A DNA stretch of 63,997 nucleotides, filler included, from Octopus bimaculoides (lineage: Eukaryota), in assembly GCF_001194135.2 (NCBI RefSeq). It is 10 parts of 10 records of this genome, joined end to end, with 100 filler letters (N's around TTAATTAATTAA, not from the genome) between each part and the next. Parts side by side here need not be neighbours in the genome. Positions count along the whole stretch, not along the records: positions 40,776 to 51,341 come from NC_068984.1; positions 51,442 to 60,125 come from NC_069008.1; positions 60,226 to 61,389 come from NW_026414510.1; positions 61,490 to 62,654 come from NW_026367313.1; 6 more parts are not named here. The stretch is one strand, 5' to 3'. This document shows, piece by piece, positions 49,309 through 61,662 of this stretch; the stretch's first letter is position 1; every line of letters begins with the position of its first letter. The position numbers were made by a program, and so were the translations under genes. Below the pieces are notes generated by a model. It was not told the DNA's origin. It saw nothing but the letters and a program-made list of their open reading frames with translations, and ran no database searches.

Positions 49309-49568
49309 CGTTACTTGCTCATTGAATTATAATACAAAGTGTTTAAGGTAATTGGTTAGAAAAGTTCCTCGATGCCTGACCTTAGACTCCAAAATGGCTG
49401 TTTTTGTTGCTGGTTCTACTGCTGCCCATTGTTGCCGTTCTTCTATTTTCCCCCTCTACCTTTCTAGTTCCTTAAGGTAGGAGCCCTCAAATTTCATAAA
49501 TACTAAGGAAATCGACTGAGTGTCTCCATTGTACGGCTGGCCCGTGTAATGCGATATGAGCCTAAGCG

Positions 49569-49717
49569 CAGTCATAGGCAAACTGCGACCCGCGACACTT
49601 TCTGAACGGTACACCTAAAAAATAAAATTACTTTGAATTCTTTTTGTAGTACGACCCGCCTACTGATGAACCACGTCTCATGCAGTCCGCTTTTCGAAAA
49701 AAGGTTGCTCATGCTTG
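49569..49717. mobile_element. Probable short hAT-like MITE
   Basis: Ends cagtcataggcaaactgcgacccgcg and aaaaaggttgctcatgcttg are imperfect TIRs. No TSD recognised. Confidence 0.4.
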
Positions 49718-49725
49718 ATCTATAC

Positions 49726-50455
49726 CAGGGATGAGGAAATACCCGCCCGTGGGCGCAATTGCACCTGCGAGCCCATTTTATTGTACCCGCAGGCTGATAT
49801 ACTCGTATGTACAAAATACAGTGTGTCTGTAATTCAAAGGGTCAGCCTTGTCACACTGTGTCACGATGAATATCCCCGAGAACTACGTTAAGGGTACACG
49901 TGTCTGTGGAGTGCACAGCCACTTGCACGTTAATTTCACGAGCAGGCTGTTCCGTTGATCGGATCAATTGGAACCCTCGACGTCGTAAGCGACGGAGTGC
50001 CAACAAACAAAATACAGTAAAGTTTTCAATTATAAAATTTATACAATATCCGTATGCCTATTTACGACATAGATCGCGTTTCCACTACAACTTGAAAGGG
50101 TCAGACTCAAACAAAAATTGCCGGTAATTGCCATTTGAATGGAAATTGTGTTTTCACTATAAAACACATATTGCTAGATTTGTACCACCCCCCTTGAGAC
50201 CCAACTACACTTTAGCTGAAAAATATAGAATACCTGATAAGTAATATAAACGTCTTAAATTGAGTGGCGGCGTTAATGAAGATGTTACGCGTTAATTTAA
50301 CGTGTTAAACTTACCTTTATCAATGTATATCGAATTATACATAGATATATATACAAGATTTACACAGATATAAGAGGTAGAACTTTTGATCCGCCCGCAG
50401 ACCTTTTTCTTAGGAAAACTTTTGCCCGCCGCACTAAAATGCTTCTCCACACCTG
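49726..50455. mobile_element. Non-autonomous hAT-like element (730 bp) with a nested SINE C
   Basis: Flanked by atctatac (49718-49725) and atctgtac (50456-50463), a 7/8 match. Imperfect TIRs cagggatgagg / ctccacacctg; subterminal cccgc repeats. Confidence 0.55.
49825..50008 (+). mobile_element. SINE family C, 5'-truncated
   Basis: gtaattcaaagggtcagccttgtcac..cgtaagcgacggagtgccaacaaac. Confidence 0.9.
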
Positions 50456-51281
50456 ATCTGTACAAATCCTTTCGCCTTCCATTTCCATCCTGAATAATGC
50501 TCAGGTACTTCCATGTGATTTTCTTCAGTCAATGAACAGAATCCTGGTCCAAGAACTGCTCAGCTCTTTTTTCGGTTGCTTCTGTATGTTCTCCGCTCCT
50601 ACTCTTCGATCAGGCCGAAGTTATGTCGTTATTCGCTTTGCTAGTTCTTGCACAAATTCCTCTGACAAAGAGACGCACACTCATGCGATATACCGCTGCC
50701 AAATTACTTTCTTTGACTGGATTTTTTCCATATCAGAATCTATTTTTGACAAGTAACATTCTTGAAACGATCCCAAAGCCACTAACATTTACGATCAACG
50801 AAATTTGTACACGTGTGTATGGACGTTGGCGTAGCTGTTGTTGCCCTTTACCCTTTCGCAGAGAATGTTTAAATCGATAATGTCAGCGTTCTCTGTCACA
50901 AATTCATTATTCATTTGTTTGCTAACATTGTCATTGGAGTTTAAACGTTTTTCTTGTTTAGCCCCAAGTTGGTGGGATGGGATTCGACTGGTATGTCTTG
51001 TAAGCCAAGCGAGCATGAGCAAGCAATAGGGTGAAGACGGGTGTAGAAGAGGATCAACTATACTTGACTGGTATTTAATTGTTCAGTTTGCAGTACTTAA
51101 TTCATTTATTTGATCCCAATACTGAACTCATAAATATTTTATCAATACTCAAGATATAAAATGTAGAGTTGTCATCGGTTGGGCTTGAACTCATAACCTA
51201 ACAGAAACTAATGAAACCTGGCAGCATTTTGTCCAATACTCTATTGTTGTTGACACCCACCAATTATGACGCTTTATATAA

Positions 51282-51341
<60 letters not shown>

Positions 51342-51478
51342 NNNNNNNNNNNNNNNNNNNNNNNNNNNNNNNNNNNNNNNNNNNNTTAATTAATTAANNN
51401 NNNNNNNNNNNNNNNNNNNNNNNNNNNNNNNNNNNNNNNNNCACACACACACATATATATATATATACATACATATAT

Positions 51479-51613
51479 ACGACGGGTTTCCTTCAGTTTC
51501 CGTCTACCAAATCCACTCACAAGGCTTTGGTCGGCCCGAGACTATAGTAGAAGACAACACTTGCCCAAGGTGCCACCGCAGTGGGACTGAACCCAGAACC
51601 ATGTGGTTGGTAA
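51479..51613 (-). mobile_element. SINE family A, 5' half without the extreme head
   Basis: acgacggg..tcagtttccgtctaccaaatccactcacaaggctttggtcggcccgag. Confidence 0.88.
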
Positions 51614-52222
51614 AGGGAACGAAAGGCAATGTCGACATCGTCGAAATTGGAACTCGCTCGATGCTCAAGCGATTCTATCAATTCGCTGCCTGGAATATAA
51701 TCGGCCGAAGACAGAACACAAATGCACAAAACAAGCCATCATTTACCTCTTATTCCATATGAGTTCGTAGAATTCCTAAACTATTTAAGAACAATATTCT
51801 ACACAATTATTAAACAAACATTTCCCCTTTTATTGTTGTCTAAACGGAAAGCTATTGTAAATTATCGCCAAATATTTGAGCTTCGGTTGCTAAATTTCCT
51901 CAGTTCAACGGAAAATATCCGGGAATAGTATTCGTACATCAAAGCTAAATATTTTACGATTGAGGGTGGGGCGAAAAATTTCTACTGGTTACTATCAATG
52001 GAGGAAAAGAAATCCAGTTTGCAAATTTACGGGAAGTTCGTTTGTGTTTGTCTGTACGTTTGTGTGTGTGTGTGTGAGTTTCCGGAACGGGATGTCTATA
52101 ATGTGCACTTGTATACATATTGCTCCGCTTGTGCCACTGTTTAAGCGAATGTATATAGATAAGTGTATGCGCGTATGTTTAGGTGTATATTATATTGTGA
52201 TATATATATATATATATATATA

Positions 52223-52425
52223 CTTTATTTAAAAGCAGCAGAAAAATAACAAAAGACTGTTACTCTGAGTTTCACAAAACTGTCCGATGAACGGGAACGT
52301 GAAACTCAGAGTAACGGTTTTTTTGTTATATTTCTGCTGCTTTTAAATAAAGCATATTACTCTACCTCTGGTATTTGAGTACTCTTTTTTCCACCTTGTT
52401 GCACATTTCATGTGCTTACTCCGAT
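52223..52425 (+). mobile_element. Probable Penelope-like pseudo-LTR with an inverted 5' arm, between (TA)n tracts
   Basis: 52223-52275 is the reverse complement of 52299-52352 (53/54-nt arms). It contains a hammerhead-like motif and both ends abut (TA)n. Confidence 0.6.
52279..52318 (+). ncRNA. Minimal type I hammerhead-like motif
   Basis: Stem I actgt/acggt; core CCGAUGA (U4 to C); stem II acg-ggaa-cgt; GAAA; stem III act-cag-agt; GUA triplet. Confidence 0.55.
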
Positions 52426-53980
52426 ATATATATATATACACACACACACACGTGTCTGTGTAGTGTATCTGTGCATACATGTGCATGTGCGTATCTGTGT
52501 ATANNNNNNNNNNNNNNNNNNNNNNNNNNNNNNNNNNNNNNNNNNNNNNNNNNNNNNNNNNNNNNNNNNNNNNNNNNNNNNNNNNNNNNNNNNNNNNNNN
52601 NNNNNNNNNNNNNNNNNNNNNNNNNNNNNNNNNNNNNNNNNNNNNNNNNNNNNNNNNNNNNNNNNNNNNNNNNNNNNNNNNNNNNNNNNNNNNNNNNNNN
52701 NNNNNNNNNNNNNNNNNNNNNNNNNNNNNNNNNNNNNNNNNNNNNNNNNNNNNNNNNNNNNNNNNNNNNNNNNNNNNNNNNNNNNNNNNNNNNNNNNNNN
52801 NNNNNNNNNNNNNNNNNNNNNNNNNNNNNNNNNNNNNNNNNNNNNNNNNNNNNNNNNNNNNNNNNNNNNNNNNNNNNNNNNNNNNNNNNNNNNNNNNNNN
52901 NNNNNNNNNNNNNNNNNNNNNNNNNNNNNNNNNNNNNNNNNNNNNNNNNNNNNNNNNNNNNNNNNNNNNNNNNNNNNNNNNNNNNNNNNNNNNNNNNNNN
53001 NNNNNNNNNNNNNNNNNNNNNNNNNNNNNNNNNNNNNNNNNNNNNNNNNNNNNNNNNNNNNNNNNNNNNNNNNNNNNNNNNNNNNNNNNNNNNNNNNNNN
53101 NNNNNNNNNNNNNNNNNNNNNNNNNNNNNNNNNNNNNNNNNNNNNNNNNNNNNNNNNNNNNNNNNNNNNNNNNNNNNNNNNNNNNNNNNNNNNNNNNNNN
53201 NNNNNNNNNNNNNNNNNNNNNNTATACGATTCTAACATTTCTGAGCGTTTCTATGTGTGACCGTGTGTTTCTCTGCGTGTGTGCGTGTGTGTGTGCATAA
53301 ATGTTTGTGTTAGAGAAATATAGAGTACGATAAGAATAGAGAGTGGGGGGGGGGATTGGGAGAGAAAGTGGGAGACGGACAGGAAGTAAGTTTAGACAAG
53401 CATACAATTGTTATATGGAGCACAGCGTCATGTTTAAAATGGCGGGAGTGGTTAAGTTGATTCCAGGCATCTTTGAACGAACGCAGCACCAACTGACGAG
53501 TGGAGTCATCGCTGCTGGAGTTTGGCTGAATAAAATATTTATCTTTGGTTGTGGTCAGAGTTATTGAGCATAGAGCTATACATACATACATACATACATA
53601 CATACATGTATGCACATACGTATGTACAAGCATACGTAAATACACACATGTATGTATATATATGATATACATTCCATGCATATGGATGGATACATATGTA
53701 GATATATACATATGTATGTTTATACACACGAGCATGTATATGTATATACGTACTTAGACAAGCATTCATGAAATATATGCCTCCGTATGGGTATGTATAT
53801 ATGTGTATATATATATATGTGTGTGTGTGTGTGTATATGGTTTGTATATGTATGAATGTCTTTGATATGTATATATATCTGTAAGTATTTATTTCATATA
53901 TATCATGTGTGTGTGCGCGCGCACATGCTCTTTTAAATTCACATGTATTTATACGTATATATGCATGCATGTATATACGG

Positions 53981-54021
<41 letters not shown>

Positions 54022-54059
54022 GAGGCACAGGAATATCTTCGTGTGTGTGTATATGTATG

Positions 54060-54097
<38 letters not shown>

Positions 54098-54411
54098 NNN
54101 NNNNNNNNNNNNNNNNNNNNNNNNNNNNNNNNNNNNNNNNNNNNNNNNNNNNNNNNNNNNNNNNNNNNNNNNNNNNNNNNNNNNNNNNNNNNNNNNNNNN
54201 NNNNNNNNNNNNNNNNNNNNNNNNNNNNNNNNNNNNNNNNNNNNNNNNNNNNNNNNNNNNNNNNNNNNNNNNNNNNNNNNGGCTTCATATACACTTGCAT
54301 TTCAATCTAAGTAGACACAGGCACAAAAACATTCCTACTTACATCCTTATGCCTGTGAGTATTATATATACATGTGTATATAACATATATATGTGCATAT
54401 GTATATATGTG

Positions 54412-54444
<33 letters not shown>

Positions 54445-54582
54445 AATATATGTGTACATATATGTATGTAGACATATCCTCATATATAAATATTTTAATA
54501 CGAACATATATGCATGAACATGTGTGTATGTATATATTTATATGTATATATGAAAGCATATACGTGTATATGCATATATATA

Positions 54583-54651
<69 letters not shown>

Positions 54652-54832
54652 ATATCCATACACACGCATATATATATATATATATACTTATATAGAGACG
54701 CACATAAGGACTTCACCATTTATACGAAAGTGCCTTGTCAGAGAATCCTCACCAGAAAATCGATTAAGAGAGCCAACCAGATTGTAACACGAAGGCTATG
54801 TTAAGTAAAATTTTGACAGCCGATAACGAAAA

Positions 54833-54879
54833 CAAAATGGCGGCCACTTTCCCGGCCAGCATCCTGGAATAAACACGTG
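54833..54879 (+). promoter_or_regulatory. YY1-like site plus E-box in a unique island (candidate regulatory element)
   Basis: caaaatggcggc at 54833-54844 and cacgtg at 54874-54879; motif matches only. Confidence 0.2.
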
Positions 54880-55436
54880 ACATTTCCAGCCACCGAATAT
54901 GTAGACTGTTTGCTAGAAATAGAAAACTGATCTGCCCTCAAATTACACCCACTGTCTTTTTAATGAGATTGTTTGTCTTAACTTCGCTGCTGCTGCTACA
55001 GTAGTAGTAGTAGTAGATGTAGTAGTAGTAGTACTAGTAGTAGTAGATTGGGACGCAGATATGAAATACTTTGCAGCCAAAGAAGGAAGGTTGGTCTACA
55101 CTCGAAGATAAAACTGAGGGACCGAAACTTTCATATGAAATGCGGCAAGGTTTTTGAATGAGAAAATGTTTAAATGTTATATTTTATATGTTTGCAGCAT
55201 AAAATTTGTTCACTCGTATGCTGGGTCGGTGTATGGATGGATACATACATACATACATACATAGACAGATAGATAGAGAGGTTGGTAGGTAGGTCGAACG
55301 ATAGAGGTTAGTAGGTACGAAGATAGATTGATACATAGATACATGCATACATACATGGATAGACAGATAGAGCGGTAGGTAGGTAGGTAGATAGATAGAT
55401 AGTTAGATAGATCACCAAATTGATAGATAGATAAAT

Positions 55437-55477
<41 letters not shown>

Positions 55478-56876
55478 TAGAAGTGAATAAAGGCACACAA
55501 TTAAAAAGATACCGTGTTTTCTGTCATACATGTCAAATTTTTCAGACCGAAATTTCCAACTAAAAAAAAAAAGATAAGAGTTCGGTCAATAATTGTTGAC
55601 GAAAAATTCCGTGTGAAAAGTAACAGGATATGGAAAGATAATGGCCGATGCTTGAATGTTTATGCTAAATGTTTAGACTATACACTACTTCGATCATATG
55701 CCAGAAAATGTTATGCACCTTGTTAATTTTGTATGAACTTCNNNNNNNNNNNNNNNNNNNNNNNNNNNNNNNNNNNNNNNNNNNNNNNNNNNNNNNNNNN
55801 NNNNNNNNNNNNNNNNNNNNNNNNNNNNNNNNNNNNNNNNNNNNNNNNNNNNNNNNNNNNNNNNNNNNNNNNNNNNNNNNNNNNNNNNNNNNNNNNNNNN
55901 NNNNNNNNNNNNNNNNNNNNNNNNNNNNNNNNNNNNNNNNNNNNNNNNNNNNNNNNNNNNNNNNNNNNNNNNNNNNNNNNNNNNNNNNNNNNNNNNNNNN
56001 NNNNNNNNNNNNNNNNNNNNNNNNNNNNNNNNNNNNNNNNNNNNNNNNNNNNNNNNNNNNNNNNNNNNNNNNNNNNNNNNNNNNNNNNNNNNNNNNNNNN
56101 NNNNNNNNNNNNNNNNNNNNNNNNNNNNNNNNNNNNNNNNNNNNNNNNNNNNNNNNNNNNNNNNNNNNNNNNNNNNNNNNNNNNNNNNNNNNNNNNNNNN
56201 NNNNNNNNNNNNNNNNNNNNNNNNNNNNNNNNNNNNNNNNNNNNNNNNNNNNNNNNNNNNNNNNNNNNNNNNNNNNNNNNNNNNNNNNNNNNNNNNNNNN
56301 NNNNNNNNNNNNNNNNNNNNNNNNNNNNNNNNNNNNNNNNNNNNNNNNNNNNNNNNNNNNNNNNNNNNNNNNNNNNNNNNNNNNNNNNNNNNNNNNNNNN
56401 NNNNNNNNNNNNNNNNNNNNNNNNNNNNNNNNNNNNNNNNNNNNNNNNNNNNNNNNNNNNNNNNNNNNNNNNNNNNNNNNNNNNNNNNNNNNNNNNNNNN
56501 NNNNNNNNNNNNNNNNNNNNNNNNNNNNNNNNNNNNNNNNNNNNNNNNNNNNNNNNNNNNNNNNNNNNNNNNNNNNNNNNNNNNNNNNNNNNNNNNNNNN
56601 NNNNNNNNNNNNNNNNNNNNNNNNNNNNNNNNNNNNNNNNNNNNNNNNNNNNNNNNNNNNNNNNNNNNNNNNNNNNNNNNNNNNNNNNNNNNNNNNNATA
56701 TATATATAAAATATTTTTCTATATGTGATAGTGGATTTTCATCGATGAGTTCTTGAAACTTGGTTATTTTCCCTAAAACTATATATTTTATCTATAAAGC
56801 TCAATTTAATTTTAATTTTTTATAAATTGATTTTAATTGAGTTTTTACCTGTAATTTTGGATTTTGTCCCTAATAT

Positions 56877-56910
<34 letters not shown>

Positions 56911-57619
56911 GATGGATGGATAGAGGGATGGATGTGTAGATAGGGGAATGGTAGTAATAGTTACCAAATCTCACTCAATTCGCACCCTAATTGTTATATG
57001 TATGCATGAATGGATAGATGGCTGGATGGATTTGTGAATGGTTGAAATAGCTACATCTCTCATTCAATTCACAACCTACCATGTATGTATGTATGTATGT
57101 ATGTATGTATGTATGTATGTATAGAAGGATGGTTTAAGGGCTGGATATGTGAAAGATTTTCTTAAGCCAATCTATTTTGAAAAAGCATTGTTCTCGTGGT
57201 GAGCGTGTCGTAAAATCAACCTCTGCTCTAGCATTTTCTCTCAGGAAATATATTTCCCCATTTCCTCCGCTTTCCACAACGGAGATTACGATTTTGCGTT
57301 AAATAGATAAACAAACGAATAGATGAATAAATAAAAGAATCTGTGATGTAATATGCTTGAAGCATTATAAAGTGTAAGTGGTGTAAAGGAAAATAAACCC
57401 CTTTTATGATAGCAGGTGAAAAGTTAGAAAAATATTATGAGAACGCCAAGAAATGTAAGCAAAGAAAAAGATTTTTGTTATATTTGACATGAGTTATTCA
57501 TTGATTGTATAATATTTCGGAAAAGATGCCTCCTTATCAAATTAATTCAAGGTGCTACATTTATGTATTTCACGATACAAACAAGATAGTTTTTCGAACG
57601 CAGAATTGCCGTTAGAACA

Positions 57620-57705
57620 GCAGAAATACTGGGGTCGATTTGCTCGACTAAAGGTGGTGCCCCAGCATGACCACAGTCAAATGACTGAAACAAGTAAAAG
57701 AATAT
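57620..57705 (+). mobile_element. SINE family A, 3' end
   Basis: ctggggtcgatttgctcgactaaaggtggtgccccagcatgaccacagtcaaatgactgaaacaagtaaaag. Confidence 0.88.
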
Positions 57706-57887
57706 ATNNNNNNNNNNNNNNNNNNNNNNNNNNNNNNNNNNNNNNNNNNNNNNNNNNNNNNNNNNNNNNNNNNNNNNNNNNNNNNNNNNNNNNNNNNNNN
57801 NNNNNNNNNNNNNNNNNNNNNNNNNNNNNNNNNNNNNNNNNNNNNNNNNNNNNNNNNNNNNNNNNNNNNNNNNNNNNNNNNNNNNNN

Positions 57888-57926
<39 letters not shown>

Positions 57927-57949
57927 CTATATCCGCAAGTTTTTCTTTA

Positions 57950-58050
57950 TATTCTTTCTCTGTGTATTTACTCGTGTTCCTTTCTGCTGAAGAGCGTAGG
58001 CTCGAAACCTAAAAGACTTTCTCACCTTCCCGAGCGTCAAACTAATACAC
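57950..58050 (+). mobile_element. Dispersed repeat P1 with hammerhead-like motif at 57980-58015
   Basis: cctttctgctgaagagcgtaggctcgaaacctaaaagactttctc; stem III is mutated (ACCT). Confidence 0.65.
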
Positions 58051-58862
58051 ATCTTACAAGGCGGCAAATTAGTTAACAAACAGCTATGGGACTGGAACCC
58101 TTATCCCCTAAGACTCTGGCTTGTAAGGATAATTTACCCTGTATTTCTGCTGCGCTAATGTTTATTGCCATCTGAATATGGCTGTTCCGTAGAAACCGAC
58201 GTTACTACCGTTTTGTTTTTACCCCTGGGAGGGAGCTTCCTCCAGCTTCTCATCGATGCAAACATATACATATATATATGTATTCTTTTATTCTTTTACT
58301 TGTTTGTCATTTGACTGCGGCCATGCTGGATCTATATATTTTTCTGTATGCGTTTATTCCTGCGCGCGTGGTTGGTTGTGTATTGCATTGTGTTAAAACA
58401 TTACAGATTCTTTACAGTTTTCTTTCGATTTATTTCAATGATACAGCATCGATCAAACCCAAGCTGAAGTAAAATAAAGAAAACGAGACAAAAAAAACAA
58501 AAAAAACTTACTCAAGATACCAGGACGTGCGTTCGAAACTAAGACTACATTTTCGCCAAACGCCTGATTGCGTAACGTATTTCTCAGTCGAACATCCATG
58601 ATAACGGTTTCTATATAAAGTTATTATTCAATGACAGCGAAATGGGAGAGATTTGAAGATAAACACAACCGAAGATAAGCGATGGACTTAGCAAATTACC
58701 AAAGGGAATTGATGGGAAACACGCCAATGCAACGACGAAGAGAGGCAGGAAATTAATTAATCGATGTAAGGCTGTTTTCCATAAAAGTATCAGAAACAAG
58801 GGAATTAACTCGGTAGCACACAACACAACACACACAAATGAAAGAAAAACTTCTCGACGAAA

Positions 58863-58910
<48 letters not shown>

Positions 58911-59197
58911 ATGTACTTTATGCATCTATGTGTATATATATATATATATGTATATAGATATACATATGTACATATATATATATATATACTTGTGTACGTG
59001 TGTATATATACGTATGGATATGTATATATGTGTGTGTGTGTGTATATATATGTATATGAATGTATATATATATATGCATATATATATCTGAATGGATATG
59101 TATGTATATATCTGAATGTATATATGTATATATATATATTTATGCATACATATATACATGTGTGTGTATATGAATATAAATATGTTTGTATAAATAC

Positions 59198-59239
<42 letters not shown>

Positions 59240-59465
59240 NNNNNNNNNNNNNNNNNNNNNNNNNNNNNNNNNNNNNNNNNNNNNNNNNNNNNNNNNNNNN
59301 NNNNNNNNNNNNNNNNNNNNNNNNNNNNNNNNNNNNNNNNNNNNNNNNNNNNNNNNNNNNNNNNNNNNNNNNNNNNNNNNNNNNNNNNNNNNNNNNNNNN
59401 NNNNNNNNNNNNNNNNNNNNNNNNNNNNNNNNNNNNNNNNNNNNNNNNNNNNNNNNNNNNNNNNN

Positions 59466-59520
<55 letters not shown>

Positions 59521-59958
59521 CTGTGCTTGTATGTGATAATATCTGAAGGAGAAATAAAAGGCATACGGAAAGAAAAAGAAAAATTAATAGGTAGGAACAG
59601 ATTAGCTGTTACCTTGATATTATAGTGTTACGTTGTTCTCGATTGGATGCTAAGGGAATTGGCTCACTAGACAGGAAACTACAAAATTAATCACCTCATT
59701 TACAACACACTGCTTAAACTATGACACTAACCGATTATATTTACCATGAACAGAATGAAGCAGGGGCCTTACACAAAGGGACGTCGATTATCACATATCT
59801 GCGTTAGGTGTAAAAGTATTTGTTTCGGTGAAGAAGCACAAGGAATTCGCTACATATTCGTGCGCGGTATCCGGAACGTTCTCACAGAGAGGCAACTTAA
59901 AGAAGTGTCTTCTACTATAGCCCCGGTAATGAAACCGGTATGCATGTATGTATTCGTG

Positions 59959-59993
<35 letters not shown>

Positions 59994-60636
59994 GTATATG
60001 TATATATATGTATATGTATATATATGTATATGTATATATATATATGTATATATATATATGTATATATATATATGTATATATATATATGTATATATATATA
60101 TGTATATATATATATGTATATATATNNNNNNNNNNNNNNNNNNNNNNNNNNNNNNNNNNNNNNNNNNNNTTAATTAATTAANNNNNNNNNNNNNNNNNNN
60201 NNNNNNNNNNNNNNNNNNNNNNNNNCTATGAGATATAGTTTTATCGCTACCGCAGAGCAGTGCACATTTGTATAAAATTAATGGCACCACTTGATGTACC
60301 ACAGTAATTTCTCAAAAAATAAAATACATGATATATGCTATGTAATTTTTTATTGAATTTAGATCAAGCTTTACCAACTTTTTAACAACATTGAAATTTG
60401 ATTATCAAATGTGCAATGACGATTGTACTTTACAGTAACCGTCTTTAAAATATTTAAATGAAAAATGGTTTAATATGATATGGAATTTATGTTGCATGCA
60501 GACATTACACAATTATTTCTAGTCACCGTAAAACTAGAAAAGAAGTAGCTAATCCTATACAGCAAGACTAATTCATATGTTTCAAAAATTTATCATGACA
60601 AGGTTTAAGAAAAATATCTAGATAAATAATGATATC

Positions 60637-61165
60637 TGATATTGGCGCAAGGCCTGAATTTTTTGCTTGGAGCAGGTAGGCTATTACATCAACGGCATCA
60701 CACAACTGGTACTTATTTTATCGGCCCTGAAAGCATGAATGCAAAAGTCTACGTACTCGGAATTTGAACTCCAAAGTTTAAACCGAAAGGAATGCCGTTA
60801 TTCATTTTGTCCGGTATGCTAACGATTTTGCCAGTTTGTCACCTTTCCGAAAAATAATAACGATAACAAATAATTGGAACAGAAATCATTGCTCGTGTTA
60901 TTGTTGTGTTGCTATTGATATTGTTATTTTTGTTATTCTTTTTATCAATTATCTTTACGGTGTCGAGCTGGCAGAAATGACACAAAATGCTTGGCGTCAT
61001 TTAGTCTGTCTTTAGGTTCTGAGTTCAAACTCCACCGAATCTGACATCGCCTTTCATCCATTCGAGGTTAATATAGTAAGTACCAGTTGGGTGATGGTGT
61101 GGTGTAATCGACGAGCTCCTACCCTAAGATCTCAGGTCTTGTGCCTATGAAAGAAAGAAATATTA
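60637..61165. mobile_element. Head-to-head pair of diverged family B SINEs (about 60637-60845 minus, 60957-61165 plus)
   Basis: ggcgcaaggcctgaatt..gctaacgattttgccag (minus) and gagctggcagaaatg..ttctgagttcaaactccacc (plus). Confidence 0.78.
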
Positions 61166-61299
61166 TTATCGTTACGCTTTGTATAAGAATATGTAAGTTA
61201 CTTATATTTTAATAATATACAATATGTAGGTGACAAGAGAAATTATACGATACAGGAATAAATGATGAGTGTAACATTAGTACATTTTATTTACTGATA

Positions 61300-61389
61300 T
61301 CGGGAAAGGAAAGAGAGAGAGTATGACGTTTCGGGCGGTGCCCTTCGTCGGAAAGACGGAAAGTTCAAAGAATGGAAAAACGGAGGAAG
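61300..61389 (-). mobile_element. Probable Penelope-like pseudo-LTR fragment with hammerhead-like core at 61325-61351
   Basis: Minus strand: CCGACGA-A-gggc(acc)gccc-GAAACGUC. Stem I is not supported in this copy. Confidence 0.45.
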
Positions 61390-61509
61390 NNNNNNNNNNN
61401 NNNNNNNNNNNNNNNNNNNNNNNNNNNNNNNNNTTAATTAATTAANNNNNNNNNNNNNNNNNNNNNNNNNNNNNNNNNNNNNNNNNNNNACACACACACA
61501 CACACACAA

Positions 61510-61662
61510 CATGTTTTCACATAGTTTCCATCTTTCAAGCATTGGTCAGCTCAGAGCAATAATAGAAGATGCTTGTCCAAGGTGCAGTGCAGTGGAACTG
61601 AACCAGAAAACATGAAGTTACAAAGTGAGCTTCTTTAACCACACAGCCACGCCTGTGCCTAT
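61510..61662 (-). mobile_element. SINE family A, diverged 5' half
   Basis: cttgtccaaggtgc..cagtggaactgaacc..accacacagccacgcctgtgcc. Confidence 0.75.

Noticed and set aside
50940-50990. Wnt-like signal peptide ending in SWW
   Set aside because: Only a three-residue resemblance, with no donor at the expected position and no downstream Wnt exons in the window.
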